NCBI GenBank assembly: GCA_040389905.1
Contig: JAZJZK010000014.1
Coordinates: 160,001 to 224,000 of the forward strand
DNA length: 64,000 nucleotides
Reading direction: 5' to 3'
Origin: Gemmatimonadota bacterium
GTDB taxonomy: Bacteria; Gemmatimonadota; Gemmatimonadetes; Gemmatimonadales; Gemmatimonadaceae
This document shows positions 8,895 through 20,587 of this stretch, one piece after another (position 1 is the stretch's first letter; every line of letters starts with the position of its first letter). The position numbers and the translations under genes are program-made. The notes beneath the pieces are model-generated. The model searched no databases. It saw only the letters and a list, made by a program, of their open reading frames with translations, and had not been told where the DNA came from.

Positions 8895-10217
8895 CTACCT
8901 CAGGGCATCCGCCACTCGGCCATAGCCGCGCTCGTTCATATGCGAGCCACGGAAACGCCAGAACTCCGCCGTCCGCAACTCTTCGAGATCCGTAACCTGA
9001 ATACCGAGACGCTTCACGAGCGCAAGCACCTGCGGACGCGTTACGCTCGCCTCGCGCGAGCACTTATCGGCGTCGCGCGCATCAGTTGGCAAATAGGCGA
9101 AGCGAAACTCTGCGCCGAGTCGACGCGCGGCGTCTCGGCCGGCGACGAGCACGCGCTCGAAGGTGGAATCGACGACGCACCCGGTCGACGGGTCGCCGAT
9201 CCGTTTCAGCTCCGGCAGCATCAGCTTCGAGCGCGTGCTCTTGAGCAGCAGCGTGAATCGCGCACGCGCAAACGGGGCCGACAAGTACGCTCGATACTCG
9301 CGCTGGTCAGCGGCAATGGCGGCGCGCAGCAATGAGTCGACCTGGGGCTGGCGCATGGCGACGGACCTCGGCGTTCCGCTCGCCAGATAGCTCACGAGCA
9401 CGGAATCGGAGAGCTCATTCGCAAGGTCGGCGAGGTCATTGCCCTCGTAATAGACCCACACGACCGTCTTCGGGCGGGCGAGTGAGCCGAACTCGATGAG
9501 CGTCGCCAATTCGGAGAGCGGGCCGTTGCCGCTGACGCCGAGGCTCGTCGCGTGCACGCCGCGTGTTCGCAGTTGCGCCGCGACGGTCATGGACGGATCG
9601 ACGCATTCGCCGAGCATGAACGAGTCTCCGAGAATGACAACATCGGCTGCAGAATTCCACACGCTATCCGGATTGCTGAACCCGAAACGGTCAGATTTGT
9701 ACGTGCGGTAGCGCCCATCCTCGGCGCACATCACGGTGAGCACACCAGACACGCCGGAGAGTGGCCGGATGCCGCTCGCGCCGGCCACTTGACGAAAGTA
9801 TGGCCGATAGAGGCGAGGCACGGCATCGACGCCATGCTCCTGCATCTCCGTGGCGACGACGAGCGGCGCGCGCGTGTCCGCGTCGCGAACGCCGGGCTGC
9901 GCGAGCACGCGATACGGTCGCGCGTAGCGGTGCGGAAAGAACACGAGGGTGCCGAGCTCGATGCCGTACAGCCCGACGATGATAGCGCCGAGAGTCACGA
10001 GGCCCGATAGCGCAGCGGCGTTGGGGCGTCGTACAGCGTAAAGACCAAACAGTGCGAGCGCGAGTGGTAACGCGCCGTAGATGATGATGCGCGCGCCGCT
10101 CGGATCGCGGACGAGCGTTGGCGTCGCGATTGCGCACGCGCCGGCGCACGCAACGGTGAGCAGCGCGCCGGCAATGCGAGTCGCTCGAGCGAGTCGTTGC
10201 GGAAGTTGGTTGGTCAC
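8895..10217 (-). CDS. Membrane-anchored SGNH/GDSL-like hydrolase (AlgJ/AlgX-like)
   Basis: N-terminal TM helices, ILGDSF block I, GVSGNGP block II, EGNDL block III, SHMNERGY block V. Confidence 0.8.
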   Translation of the reverse strand: MTNQLPQRLARATRIAGALLTVACAGACAIATPTLVRDPSGARIIIYGALPLALALFGLYAVRRPNAAALSGLVTLGAIIVGLYGIELGTLVFFPHRYARPYRVLAQPGVRDADTRAPLVVATEMQEHGVDAVPRLYRPYFRQVAGASGIRPLSGVSGVLTVMCAEDGRYRTYKSDRFGFSNPDSVWNSAADVVILGDSFMLGECVDPSMTVAAQLRTRGVHATSLGVSGNGPLSELATLIEFGSLARPKTVVWVYYEGNDLADLANELSDSVLVSYLASGTPRSVAMRQPQVDSLLRAAIAADQREYRAYLSAPFARARFTLLLKSTRSKLMLPELKRIGDPSTGCVVDSTFERVLVAGRDAARRLGAEFRFAYLPTDARDADKCSREASVTRPQVLALVKRLGIQVTDLEELRTAEFWRFRGSHMNERGYGRVADALR

Positions 10218-10221
10218 GACT

Positions 10222-10410
10222 GCGGAACTGAAGGTGCGGGCCCTTCGCGAAGCCTGCCCTGGAGGAGCGCAAGCGACGAAGGGCTCAGGGCGACAAAACG
10301 AACGGAACTACAAGGGTGCAGACCCCTCGACTCGCTTCGCTCGCTCGGGGTGACAACAACGCCACCGTCGCGAGCGCGCCTCGATTCGCGCCGCTCGCTC
10401 GGGGTGACAA
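10222..10410 (+). repeat. Cluster of three REP-like family A elements
   Basis: Copies end in GCTCAGGGCGACA (about 10295) and GCTCGCTCGGGGTGACA (about 10354 and 10409). Confidence 0.75.
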
Positions 10411-10415
10411 CGACG

Positions 10416-11636
10416 CTACTGCCGCGACCGTGCGATGACGTCGATCCAACTATGCAGCTCGTCCTTCTCGAAGGCGGTGAGAAGATCCTTGATTGAACCG
10501 ATCAACTGCATCGACCGGCCGCTCTGCTGCTTCAACTGGAGCGGCCCGTTCCCCGCATAGAACCCGCCACCGCCACCACCCGAGTACGACCGGATAAACG
10601 TGCTGCCGGCATCGAGCGGCAAGGTCGCGACGTTCTTGTAGAAGCGCGGCGCCTCGTCGCCCTGCTGCCAGAGATACTGCTCCACATTGGAGACGTAGAA
10701 CGCGCCAATCGTCGCACCGTGATCGCGCGCATACTTGCCGACGGTCTGGAGCGCCTTCGGTCCCGCGAAGTTGCCCGTAAGCGGAACGATGAGGTTGCGC
10801 TCCTCATAGTCCTTGAGCGTGCGGAAGTTCGCCTCGGTGGCGAGATAGCCCTGATCGACGCCGAGTCCGTTGGACTCCACCATCATGCCGACGTAGCTCG
10901 GCATGCCGCCGCCGAAGCCGCCACCGCCGCCACCACCACCGGGACGCCCGCCCCCGAAGCCGCCGCCGTAGGGGCCGGGATTCCGGCACTCAGACGCATA
11001 GTTGTAGGTCAATCCAGGGCCCTGGCTGTAGAACGCGCCGTACACGCAACTCAGCGACACCTGCTCACTGTCACTCAACGCAAAGCGGTGCACCTTCATC
11101 AAGCGGTCCTTCACGGCCGCGAGATTCTGGCGATAGAGCGCGCTGTCCGCGACCCGCGTGTTCGCGAGCGCTGTGAACAGCTGGATGGCGGTGGAATTCG
11201 TGTCGACACCTTCCAGCGGCTTCCTCGAAAAAAGCTTCGCGAGGAATTCGGCGCGGGTGGCCGACGTTTCGAGGAGCGCCTTGTACAGCATGTGCTGCAT
11301 GGCGTTCTGGTGCCGGATATCGACGATGAACGCGATCTTCGGCCTGAGGTTCACGATGTACGTGAAGTTCTGGTCGGGCGCGACGCCGAGGTAGACCGCG
11401 CCGGGCTTCACGACCTTCTGGAGCTCCGGGATGATCCACTGGTACGACGTTTCGTTCGAAACGAAGTTCTCGGAACGAAAGGTGCCCCATGGCTCCGAGA
11501 AGTCATTCATCATGCGCCAGAAGGTGCTGTCCGCGAGCCGGTCGGGAATCCAGGGTGTCTGCGCTCGTGCGGGCGCAGCCAACGTCAGGGAACCAGCGAC
11601 AGCGAGGAACGCAGTGGAGCGTAGTGTGCGTATCAT
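10416..11636 (-). CDS. Conserved secreted hypothetical protein
   Basis: Signal peptide (ARA-Q); motifs FRSENFVSNE, YLGVAPDQNFTYI, AFYVSNVEQYL; Gly-rich inserts; strong coding-like codon usage. Confidence 0.85.
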   Translation of the reverse strand: MIRTLRSTAFLAVAGSLTLAAPARAQTPWIPDRLADSTFWRMMNDFSEPWGTFRSENFVSNETSYQWIIPELQKVVKPGAVYLGVAPDQNFTYIVNLRPKIAFIVDIRHQNAMQHMLYKALLETSATRAEFLAKLFSRKPLEGVDTNSTAIQLFTALANTRVADSALYRQNLAAVKDRLMKVHRFALSDSEQVSLSCVYGAFYSQGPGLTYNYASECRNPGPYGGGFGGGRPGGGGGGGGFGGGMPSYVGMMVESNGLGVDQGYLATEANFRTLKDYEERNLIVPLTGNFAGPKALQTVGKYARDHGATIGAFYVSNVEQYLWQQGDEAPRFYKNVATLPLDAGSTFIRSYSGGGGGGFYAGNGPLQLKQQSGRSMQLIGSIKDLLTAFEKDELHSWIDVIARSRQ

Positions 11637-11764
11637 CGATCGACTTGGGGCTCAGGGACCAGCGCGAGGTGCCAGAGGAGATATCTCGCGCGCTATCTTA
11701 CGATAGCATACGCAACCGTTCCGCGTAGTCCCCCCTTTGTCAGCGACGTCAATTTCGAGGCCGA

Positions 11765-13564
11765 GTGACCGCTACCGTTCACGCCCCCGCAACCGCTGCC
11801 GACGCGCCGCACCTCGCGAACCCTGATCTCTATCCGTCCTTCACGAAGGGCGTGTTCTGTGGAGAGATCCGCGAGGACCTGGTCTTCCCCTTTCCGGCGC
11901 TCGACGCCGACGAGCGGGAGTCGCTCGCGGCCATTCTCGACTCGTTCCACGGCTGGGCTGCGGAGAACGTCAATTCGTCGCAGAACGATCACGACGGGAA
12001 GTTCCCCGAGTCGGTGCGCGCAGGAATGGGTGAGTTGGGACTGATGGGCCTCAACATTCCCGAGGCCTACGGTGGGTTCGGCGCATCGTCCAAGGTGTTC
12101 TCGCGCGTCTTCGGCGAAATTGGCGCGACGGACCCTGCCCTCGCCGTGTACTTCGGCGCGCATCAATCCATCGGCTGCAAGGGCATCACGCTGTTCGGAA
12201 CCGAGGACCAGAAGGAGCGGTGGCTTCCCCGCTGCGCGAGTGGCGAGACGGTTGCGGCATTCTGCCTGACGGAGCCAGGATCGGGGTCGGACGCGCAGGC
12301 GATGACGTCCGTCGCACTGCCGAGTGCGGATGGTTCGCACTACCTGCTAACGGGGACGAAGATCTGGATCTCGAACGCCGGGTACGCGGGGGTCTTCACG
12401 GTGTTCGCCAAGGTGCCCGAAGTGCAGGCGGACGGCTCGACGAAGCAACGCGTCACCGCGTTCATCGTCGATGCGCACGCCGCCGGCGTGTCGCTCGGCC
12501 AGCCAGAACAGAAGATGGGCATCAAGGCGAGCGACACACGCACGGTCACATTCGACAACGTGCGCGTTCCCGTCGAGGACCGGCTCGGCAAGGTCGGTCA
12601 GGGGTTCAAATTCGCGCTGGAGATTCTCAACTCCGGCCGGCTTGGCCTGGCGGCGGGGTCGGCGCGCGGTGCACGGAAGATCATGGAAAATGCCCTCGCC
12701 TATGCGAAGCAGCGCGAGCAGTTCGGGCGTTCCATCGGCTCGTTCGAAATGATCCAACAGAAATTCGCGATCAACGCTGCTGAGACGTACGCGGCGGATT
12801 CCGCGTGGATGCTGACGGCAGGCATGGTGGATCGCGGCGGGATCGACTATTCGCTCGAGACGGCGGTGTGCAAGGTGTTCGCGAGCGAGCTGGCGTTTCG
12901 CGCGTCGAACGATGCGCTGCAGATCGCGGGCGGCATTGGCTACTCGAAGGAGTTCCCGTACGAGCAATCGGTGCGCGACTCGCGGATCAACCTCATCTTC
13001 GAGGGGACGAACGAAATCCTGCGCGCCCTCATCGCCCTGATGGCGCTCCAGCAACCGGGCGAACGACTCAAGGCACTCGGCAAGGCGTTCAAGGATCCAC
13101 TTCGCTCACTGGGCGCGATCGGGTCGTACGTCGCGGGCAAGGTGCAGCGGAAGATCACCCATCCATCGTTCTCGAAGGTGCACGAGGCGCTCGACGAGGA
13201 GGCGAAGCTCGTCGCGAACGGGATTCATGACCTTGCGTTAGCGGTCGAGGATCTGCTGCTCAAGCACGGGAAGGACGTGATCGAGCACCAGTTTCTCCAG
13301 TTGCGGCTCGCCAACGCGGCAATCGACATCTACCTCGCGACGGCGGTGCTCTCCCGGACGACCTGGGAGATCGAACGTGCGGGTTCGCCCGAGGCAGCTG
13401 GTGCCGAGTTGGACTGCGCGAAGGTGTTCATCCCGGCGGCGATGCGGCGTGTGCGCCGAAACGTGCGGGCGCTCAAGGTAAATCAGGATTCGCGGCTGAA
13501 GGCCATTGCGGAGCGGGCGTTGGAGTCTGGTCAGCTAGCGCCAAACACGCCAACAGATCGATAG
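11765..13564 (+). CDS. Acyl-CoA dehydrogenase (long VLCAD/ACAD9-like form)
   Basis: AFCLTEPGSGSDA, GTKIWISN, KMGIKAS, REQFG, QIAGGIGY, IFEGTNEI, plus a C-terminal extension. Confidence 0.95.
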   Translation: MTATVHAPATAADAPHLANPDLYPSFTKGVFCGEIREDLVFPFPALDADERESLAAILDSFHGWAAENVNSSQNDHDGKFPESVRAGMGELGLMGLNIPEAYGGFGASSKVFSRVFGEIGATDPALAVYFGAHQSIGCKGITLFGTEDQKERWLPRCASGETVAAFCLTEPGSGSDAQAMTSVALPSADGSHYLLTGTKIWISNAGYAGVFTVFAKVPEVQADGSTKQRVTAFIVDAHAAGVSLGQPEQKMGIKASDTRTVTFDNVRVPVEDRLGKVGQGFKFALEILNSGRLGLAAGSARGARKIMENALAYAKQREQFGRSIGSFEMIQQKFAINAAETYAADSAWMLTAGMVDRGGIDYSLETAVCKVFASELAFRASNDALQIAGGIGYSKEFPYEQSVRDSRINLIFEGTNEILRALIALMALQQPGERLKALGKAFKDPLRSLGAIGSYVAGKVQRKITHPSFSKVHEALDEEAKLVANGIHDLALAVEDLLLKHGKDVIEHQFLQLRLANAAIDIYLATAVLSRTTWEIERAGSPEAAGAELDCAKVFIPAAMRRVRRNVRALKVNQDSRLKAIAERALESGQLAPNTPTDR

Positions 13565-13677
13565 AGTCGCTATCGCGAATTTGAAACTGCCGAATGCAGC
13601 GTCGCTTGATCTGGCTGTTTCCGTGGCATCCGTTAAATCCGCTCCTCAAAAACGAGCGGACGTGCGGTCCGCCTGGA

Positions 13678-14028
13678 TCAGTTCACGTCGATCGGCGATA
13701 GCGCACGAATGGTCGGCCGGGCCGGAGTCGCGCTCGCGCAGTACTCCTCGAGCTGGTCGACCCGGCACCGGTGCCAGTCTCCGGGAATGGGCGTCAGGCG
13801 CCGCTTTTCTCCGGGCGCCTCGAAGCACAACCATCCGCTGCGAAGGCCGGATGAAAGCACGCTCCGCTGGCCTGACAGTACCCGACGTTCGTTCGACCGC
13901 TTGTCGGTGTGCGCGAGCTGCCTGGCAACCGTTCGCCGCTCCGCCAGCCGCCGTTCTTCGAAGCGCGGCACGACGTCCCATGTTTGCCATTCCGTGCCGC
14001 GCGAATCCGTAAAAACTCGATACGCCAT
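13678..14028 (-). CDS. Small hypothetical protein with ERR repeats
   Basis: GGAGG RBS before ATG 14028; MAYRVFTDSRGTEWQTWDV...GWLCFE...EKRRLTPIPGDW. Confidence 0.75.
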   Translation of the reverse strand: MAYRVFTDSRGTEWQTWDVVPRFEERRLAERRTVARQLAHTDKRSNERRVLSGQRSVLSSGLRSGWLCFEAPGEKRRLTPIPGDWHRCRVDQLEEYCASATPARPTIRALSPIDVN

Positions 14029-14213
14029 TTTTGCCTCCATCGGGCGCCGCCCGCCACTGCCGGGGTCGCTCCGAGTGAATTGTCGTGGCCTTTGTACTCG
14101 CATAGGCGGTGCCAAACCACATCACATTTCTGCGATTTCCCCATTTGACGAACGCGGCTGCGGCACGAGCAGTGCAAGAAGACTCACGTCTTCTCCCTCA
14201 GACCCTCATTCTC

Positions 14214-15047
14214 GTGCGTTTCCGCTCCTCGTTCGCGTTCGGCCTCGTGCTGTGCGCTCTGTCTGTGTCCGCGCAACAGCCCGATACCAGCTCGGGTTCG
14301 CGGGTCCTTTTCAACCGCCGAGACCTACTGACGACGACGATTGCGGTCGGCGGCGTTGGCCTCGTCACCATGTTCGACGACGACATCGCCCGTGCCTCGC
14401 AGCGCAGCAGGGTGATCGATCCCGTCACGCATGAATACACCGACGACTTGTCGCGGTGGTCGACGAAGATCAGCAAGGTCAATGAGACGACACTCACGGT
14501 GGCCGGAATTCTGGCGTACGGAGCGGGACGGCTGTTCAAGTCTCCGCTGGTCACGGATGTGGCGCTGCATGCGACAGAATCGGTCGTGCTCGCGAGCCTG
14601 GCCAGCCAGGTGATCCGCGGGCCGCTTGGGCGCACGCGGCCGTACGTGACCGGGGATTCCGACCAGTACTACTTTCGGCCGATGAAGGGGTTCTTCGGGA
14701 AGAGCTCGTTCGACAACCGCGCATTCCCGTCGATTCACACGTCATCGAGCATGGCGGTCGCGACGGTGCTGGTCATGGAGACACACCGGCGTCACCCAGG
14801 AGCGAGTTATGTGCTGGCGCCGCTCGCCTTTGGAGCGGGGCTGCTGCCAGGGCTGGCGCGCATCAAGCTCGACCAGCACTGGACGAGCGACATCGTATCG
14901 GGCGCGTTCATGGGGGTGTTCGGGGCGTACAAGGTGGTTTCATTCAGCCACGCGCATCCGAACAATCGATTCGATCGGATGTTGCTGAAGGCGTCTGTGG
15001 TGCCCGTGCCGGGGGGAGGATTTGGGTTGTCGATTAGCCCTTTTTGA
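14214..15047 (+). CDS. PAP2-family phosphatase
   Basis: GRTRP, FPSIH and ARIKLDQHWTSD match the three PAP2 motifs. Start uncertain (14109 or 14214). Confidence 0.88.
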   Translation: MRFRSSFAFGLVLCALSVSAQQPDTSSGSRVLFNRRDLLTTTIAVGGVGLVTMFDDDIARASQRSRVIDPVTHEYTDDLSRWSTKISKVNETTLTVAGILAYGAGRLFKSPLVTDVALHATESVVLASLASQVIRGPLGRTRPYVTGDSDQYYFRPMKGFFGKSSFDNRAFPSIHTSSSMAVATVLVMETHRRHPGASYVLAPLAFGAGLLPGLARIKLDQHWTSDIVSGAFMGVFGAYKVVSFSHAHPNNRFDRMLLKASVVPVPGGGFGLSISPF

Positions 15048-15184
15048 TTTCTCCGATAGGGCGTTGGAAAGACGGTGTGACCTGCGTTGTTCGAAGGGGG
15101 ACGAGCAGATTGTACGGATTCTACGGATTTTGACGGATTGCGTCGGCGCGGCGTCAAAGCCGAATCGGCATTGACGCTTGCAGA

Positions 15185-15226
15185 GGTGCAGACCCCTCGA
15201 CTCGCGTTGCTCGCTCGGGGTGACAA
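15185..15226 (+). repeat. REP-like element family A
   Basis: ggtgcagacccctcgactcgcgttgctcgctcggggtgacaa, nearly identical to 10315-10356. Confidence 0.75.
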
Positions 15227-15239
15227 CTGCTTGAAGGCG

Positions 15240-16841
<1,602 letters not shown>

Positions 16842-16902
16842 AATCGAAATCTAACCAGACGGGCTTGGGCCAACGGACGGACGGACTCCCGTACGACAAC
16901 GA

Positions 16903-17097
16903 ACGTACGAGGTACCTGGAACCGGGTACCCGGACTGGCATTCAACCCAAAAGGAGCCATCGACAGGTTGGCGGCATCGATCCGACGCCACACAGCGTCA
17001 CGTTGGTGCGAACAGCGTTATTCGTGACTCCACTTTCCGATGGCTCCTCTTGACCTTTCTGCCAGTCAAGGTACGAGGTGCAGGGTACCTCGTACGT
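16903..17097. repeat. Long nested inverted repeat (about 195-bp hairpin)
   Basis: Pairs 16903-16916/17084-17097 (14 bp perfect), 16933-16940/17060-17067 and 16952-16962/17038-17048. Confidence 0.75.
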
Positions 17098-17157
17098 CGG
17101 TGCTTGCTTCACCCGTCGGTGCTTGCGTCACCGCGCACGTGACCGTACATCGTCAGT

Positions 17158-18573
17158 TCATGGCGCTCCGGGCGCCGGCAGTGCGACGAGCACCGCCGTC
17201 GTGATGATGACGAAGATCGAGAAGGCCAACTCGGAGCGAGCGGTACTCGTGAGCAATGCCGTGGCCCCGGACTTGGCACCGAGCCTCGGCCGAACCCGCC
17301 GCCAATTGACGTAGCCGAAATTGGCGACGACGCCGGCGAACGCGAGTTTCGCCATGAGGACTTGGCCGTAGAGGCTTTCCCAGAGTTCGTTCAACGTGCC
17401 TAATCGGAGCCACGCGTTCACGAGGCCGGTGAGCGCGACGATCGCGACGCAGGTGAGGGCGACCGGAGAAAAGGCATTCGTCATGTACTTCAAGCGCTGT
17501 GCGCGTCCGTCGCCGGTCGATTGCAGATACGGCATGGCGCTCCACGTGAACCAGAGCAAGGTGCCGAGCCACCCTCCTGCCGCGAACGCGTGGACCGAGT
17601 TCGACACCATCGACAATGCCTTGAAATGATCCGTCGCCTCGGGATGCCCGCCAATCGACATGCCTGCGGATAGTCCCAGGCAACCGATCGCGGCGAACAC
17701 CCATCCCGCGTCCTTCCGCCGGCTCGCGAGGATGAAGCCGAGGGCGGCGACACTCACCGATCCCGTAATCGTCAGCCACCCGACACCCCAGCGCGAGTGA
17801 AAGATGATTTCGCGTATGGGGACGTCGATTTCGAGTCCGTATTCGACCATGTGATTCTGGAGGAAGAGACGGACCAGCGCCGCCGCGAGAAAGGCGAACG
17901 ACGCCAAGGCCGACGACCCTGCGATCTGCACCAGCAGCCGCGCGCGTCCCTCCTTGTCACTCCCCGGCGTCCGCGGCAGCACCGCCGTGCGAAACACCAC
18001 GGCGCCGATCATCGCCAGCATTGTCGTAAACAGGATGGTGCGCACGACGATGAACGGAAGCGAATCGCGCCGTGGCTTCGGTGCGCGCTGGGCGGACTTT
18101 TCGCGGACGGCGGCGGGCACGGTACTGTCGACGGTCGTCACCGACGCCGGTTGCGTGGCGACCCGGTGCGCCGGTGCATTGAGGAAGACGAGAAAGGAGT
18201 ACTCACCCTGCGCCGCGTGGCCATCGGCGCCGAAGGTCTTCCACTTCACGACGTACCGTCCGTCGGCAAGGGGAGACATCACCTTCACGCGAAGGGTGAG
18301 CGTGCTGTCGATGACGCGTTCGATTGGACCCAGCGTGACGAGTCTCCCTCCTGAATCGGCCAGCGTCACCACCGTCATCACGAGTTCCGGCGCCTCGTTG
18401 AACCAGAGGCGAAGCTCTTTCGGGCTCACCGTGATGGTGGAACCGGCTGGCGGCGTGCTGCTCACGAGTTGGGTGTGCGCCCATGCCATGGCGGGAACGA
18501 GAAGCCGCAAACCGCAGCACAGCGCCAACAGTGTGATGTGCCAAATCCAGCGACGTTCCGGAGGTCTCGTCAT
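17158..18573 (-). CDS. CopC-CopD fusion copper resistance/uptake protein
   Basis: Signal peptide followed by His1 (AWA-HTQLVSSTP), DGH motif, multi-TM CopD region with GH...H..AAGGWLG and YGQVLMAK. Confidence 0.9.
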   Translation of the reverse strand: MTRPPERRWIWHITLLALCCGLRLLVPAMAWAHTQLVSSTPPAGSTITVSPKELRLWFNEAPELVMTVVTLADSGGRLVTLGPIERVIDSTLTLRVKVMSPLADGRYVVKWKTFGADGHAAQGEYSFLVFLNAPAHRVATQPASVTTVDSTVPAAVREKSAQRAPKPRRDSLPFIVVRTILFTTMLAMIGAVVFRTAVLPRTPGSDKEGRARLLVQIAGSSALASFAFLAAALVRLFLQNHMVEYGLEIDVPIREIIFHSRWGVGWLTITGSVSVAALGFILASRRKDAGWVFAAIGCLGLSAGMSIGGHPEATDHFKALSMVSNSVHAFAAGGWLGTLLWFTWSAMPYLQSTGDGRAQRLKYMTNAFSPVALTCVAIVALTGLVNAWLRLGTLNELWESLYGQVLMAKLAFAGVVANFGYVNWRRVRPRLGAKSGATALLTSTARSELAFSIFVIITTAVLVALPAPGAP

Positions 18574-18828
18574 CGAGTTTTGCGCGGGTACGTGAGATCA
18601 GTGCCTTGGCAGGCCGTCACCCCTGGCAGGGTGCTTGACGTGACGGCGAACGCCGCGCAACTGCGTCAGCCGATGGTGCGTCGAGCAGTTCGGGTACGCC
18701 GACGCACATCGCACGATATCGGTGCCGTGGGGCAGGCACAATAGTCAGCCTCAGAAAGGGTGGGCAATCCGGGCGGATGATTCGCTCCATCGTACGCACG
18801 GGACGCCTTTACAGTTGAGCGCCGTGCA

Positions 18829-19005
18829 TCAACCGTCGCCACGCGCCGGCTCGCCCTTGGGGAGCCGGCCGGCGCGCTTGAGGGCCTCGCGCAGGATCTG
18901 CTCGATCTGCGCATTCACGGACCGAAGATCGTCATTCGCCCACCGCTCGACCGCGTCGAGCAGCCCGCGATCGACCCGCAGGAGAAAGGGTTTTCTTTCC
19001 GCCAC
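18829..19005 (-). CDS. Arc-like ribbon-helix-helix DNA-binding protein (58 aa, not in ORF track)
   Basis: GTG start; MAERKPFLLRVDRGLLDAVERWANDDLRSVNAQIEQILREALKRAGR; directly downstream of the SPFH gene. Confidence 0.88.
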   Translation of the reverse strand: MAERKPFLLRVDRGLLDAVERWANDDLRSVNAQIEQILREALKRAGRLPKGEPARGDG

Positions 19006-19015
19006 CGTTCCGCCG

Positions 19016-19885
19016 CTAGCCGAAGATCGAGCCGGCGTTCACCACGGGGGACGCGGCACGCTCTGAGCACAGGACCACGAGCAGGTTGCTCACCATCTGC
19101 GCCTTGCGCTCCTCGTCGAGGTGGACGATGCCCTTCTTCGACAACATCTCCAGCGCGTGCTCCACCATGCCCACGGCGCCTTCGACGATTTTCGAGCGCG
19201 CCGCGATGATCGCGCCCGCCTGCTGCCGCTGGAGCATCGCCTGCGCGATTTCCGGGGAGTACGCCAAGTGCGAGATGCGCGCCTCGATCACTTCCATTCC
19301 GGCCTTCGCGAGGCGGTCCTGGATGGCTTTCTGCAGGGCGTGCGAGACTTCCGCGGTGTGCGTCGACAGCGCTTCCTCGTCGTCGGCATGCGAGTCGTAC
19401 GGGTACGACTGCGCGACGGCCCGCACCGCGGACTCGCTCTGCACGGCAACGTACGTGGCATAGTTATCCACCTCGAACAGCGCCTCGGCGGTGTCCACCA
19501 CCTTCCAGACGACGATCGCCGCGATCTCGATGGGGTTCGCACGGCTGTCGTTCACCTTGAGCTTGGCCGTTTCGAAGTTCCTGATGCGGAGGGAGATCTT
19601 CTTCTTGGACAGGAACGGATTGGCGAACCAGAAGCCTTGCGTGCGCACCGTGCCCTTGTATTCGCCGAAGAGCTGGAGGGCCTTCGCCTCCCCGGGATTG
19701 ACGACGAAATAGCCGCCGAAGGAGATGAAGCAGGCAATCAGGACAAGAATGGCGAGCACGGCGACGACCGGCATGGCGTTCTTCCCCGCCCAGCCCATTG
19801 CCGCGAGCGAGAGGATCATGAGGGCGAACGTCGTGACCAAGGTAGGAATCCCGGACGACGCGTTGTACTCGTTTTCGCGAAGCAT
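19016..19885 (-). CDS. SPFH/band 7 domain membrane protein
   Basis: Two N-terminal TM helices, [47 protein letters not shown]. Confidence 0.93.
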   Translation of the reverse strand: MLRENEYNASSGIPTLVTTFALMILSLAAMGWAGKNAMPVVAVLAILVLIACFISFGGYFVVNPGEAKALQLFGEYKGTVRTQGFWFANPFLSKKKISLRIRNFETAKLKVNDSRANPIEIAAIVVWKVVDTAEALFEVDNYATYVAVQSESAVRAVAQSYPYDSHADDEEALSTHTAEVSHALQKAIQDRLAKAGMEVIEARISHLAYSPEIAQAMLQRQQAGAIIAARSKIVEGAVGMVEHALEMLSKKGIVHLDEERKAQMVSNLLVVLCSERAASPVVNAGSIFG

Positions 19886-19906
19886 GAGTGTTGAGTCCGT
19901 TAAAGA

Positions 19907-19927
19907 GTGATATCACGATGATATCAT
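19907..19927. promoter_or_regulatory. Tandem palindromes TGATATCA, candidate RHH operator
   Basis: gtgatatcac (19907-19916) and atgatatcat (19918-19927), 11-bp period, just upstream of the SPFH-RHH operon. Confidence 0.6.
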
Positions 19928-20002
19928 TCGGCGGACTTGTCAATGGATAATTCGGGTGACCGGGCCCGGGCATCCAGGAGGGGAGATGGGGCTCGGCGTC
20001 GA

Positions 20003-20383
20003 TCAGGGCCGGACGAAGCGCTCCGTGTAGCTGCCGACGGTCACGCTCATGGTCTTCCCGTCGACCAAGCCCTGATACACGAAGCCGAGGGTCTGGTCGT
20101 AGAGAATGACGGTGTTGCCGTAGTTCGTATAAGTGCCGACATCACTCAGCGTCGTGCCATCGCTATGCTCGGCGTTGTCCGTGAACGAGCCGTCTTCCTT
20201 CAATTCGATGACCTCGCTCTTGATGCCGACACCATTCGGAAAGATGTACGGGAGGCTTGCGCCGTTCACGCTCTCGAGTTGGTACTTCCCGATCACGATC
20301 ACGGGTTCGGTGGCGCCACCAAGACAACCGGAGAGCCCAAATGCGATGCTGATCATCAGGCCAATTCGAATCGCTTTGCGCAT
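20003..20383 (-). CDS. Hypothetical lipoprotein
   Basis: MRKAIRIGLMISIAFGLSGC lipobox followed by a beta-rich GKYQLESVNG domain. Confidence 0.8.
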   Translation of the reverse strand: MRKAIRIGLMISIAFGLSGCLGGATEPVIVIGKYQLESVNGASLPYIFPNGVGIKSEVIELKEDGSFTDNAEHSDGTTLSDVGTYTNYGNTVILYDQTLGFVYQGLVDGKTMSVTVGSYTERFVRP

Positions 20384-20587
20384 GGAAGTCCGTGTGTCCG
20401 GTGTCGTGGCAAGCCGTTCCCAGCATGACCTTCCCGCCAAATCTATCGTCACGGCTGGGAATGGAACCGCAACTGATTGAACGCGGATTGGGCGGATCGA
20501 GGCGGATCAATTCGGATCGAGCACGTAGTAGTCCCTAGCGGATTCAAGGTGCTCGGCTCATAGTAGACGATCTCATCGGATGACTTT

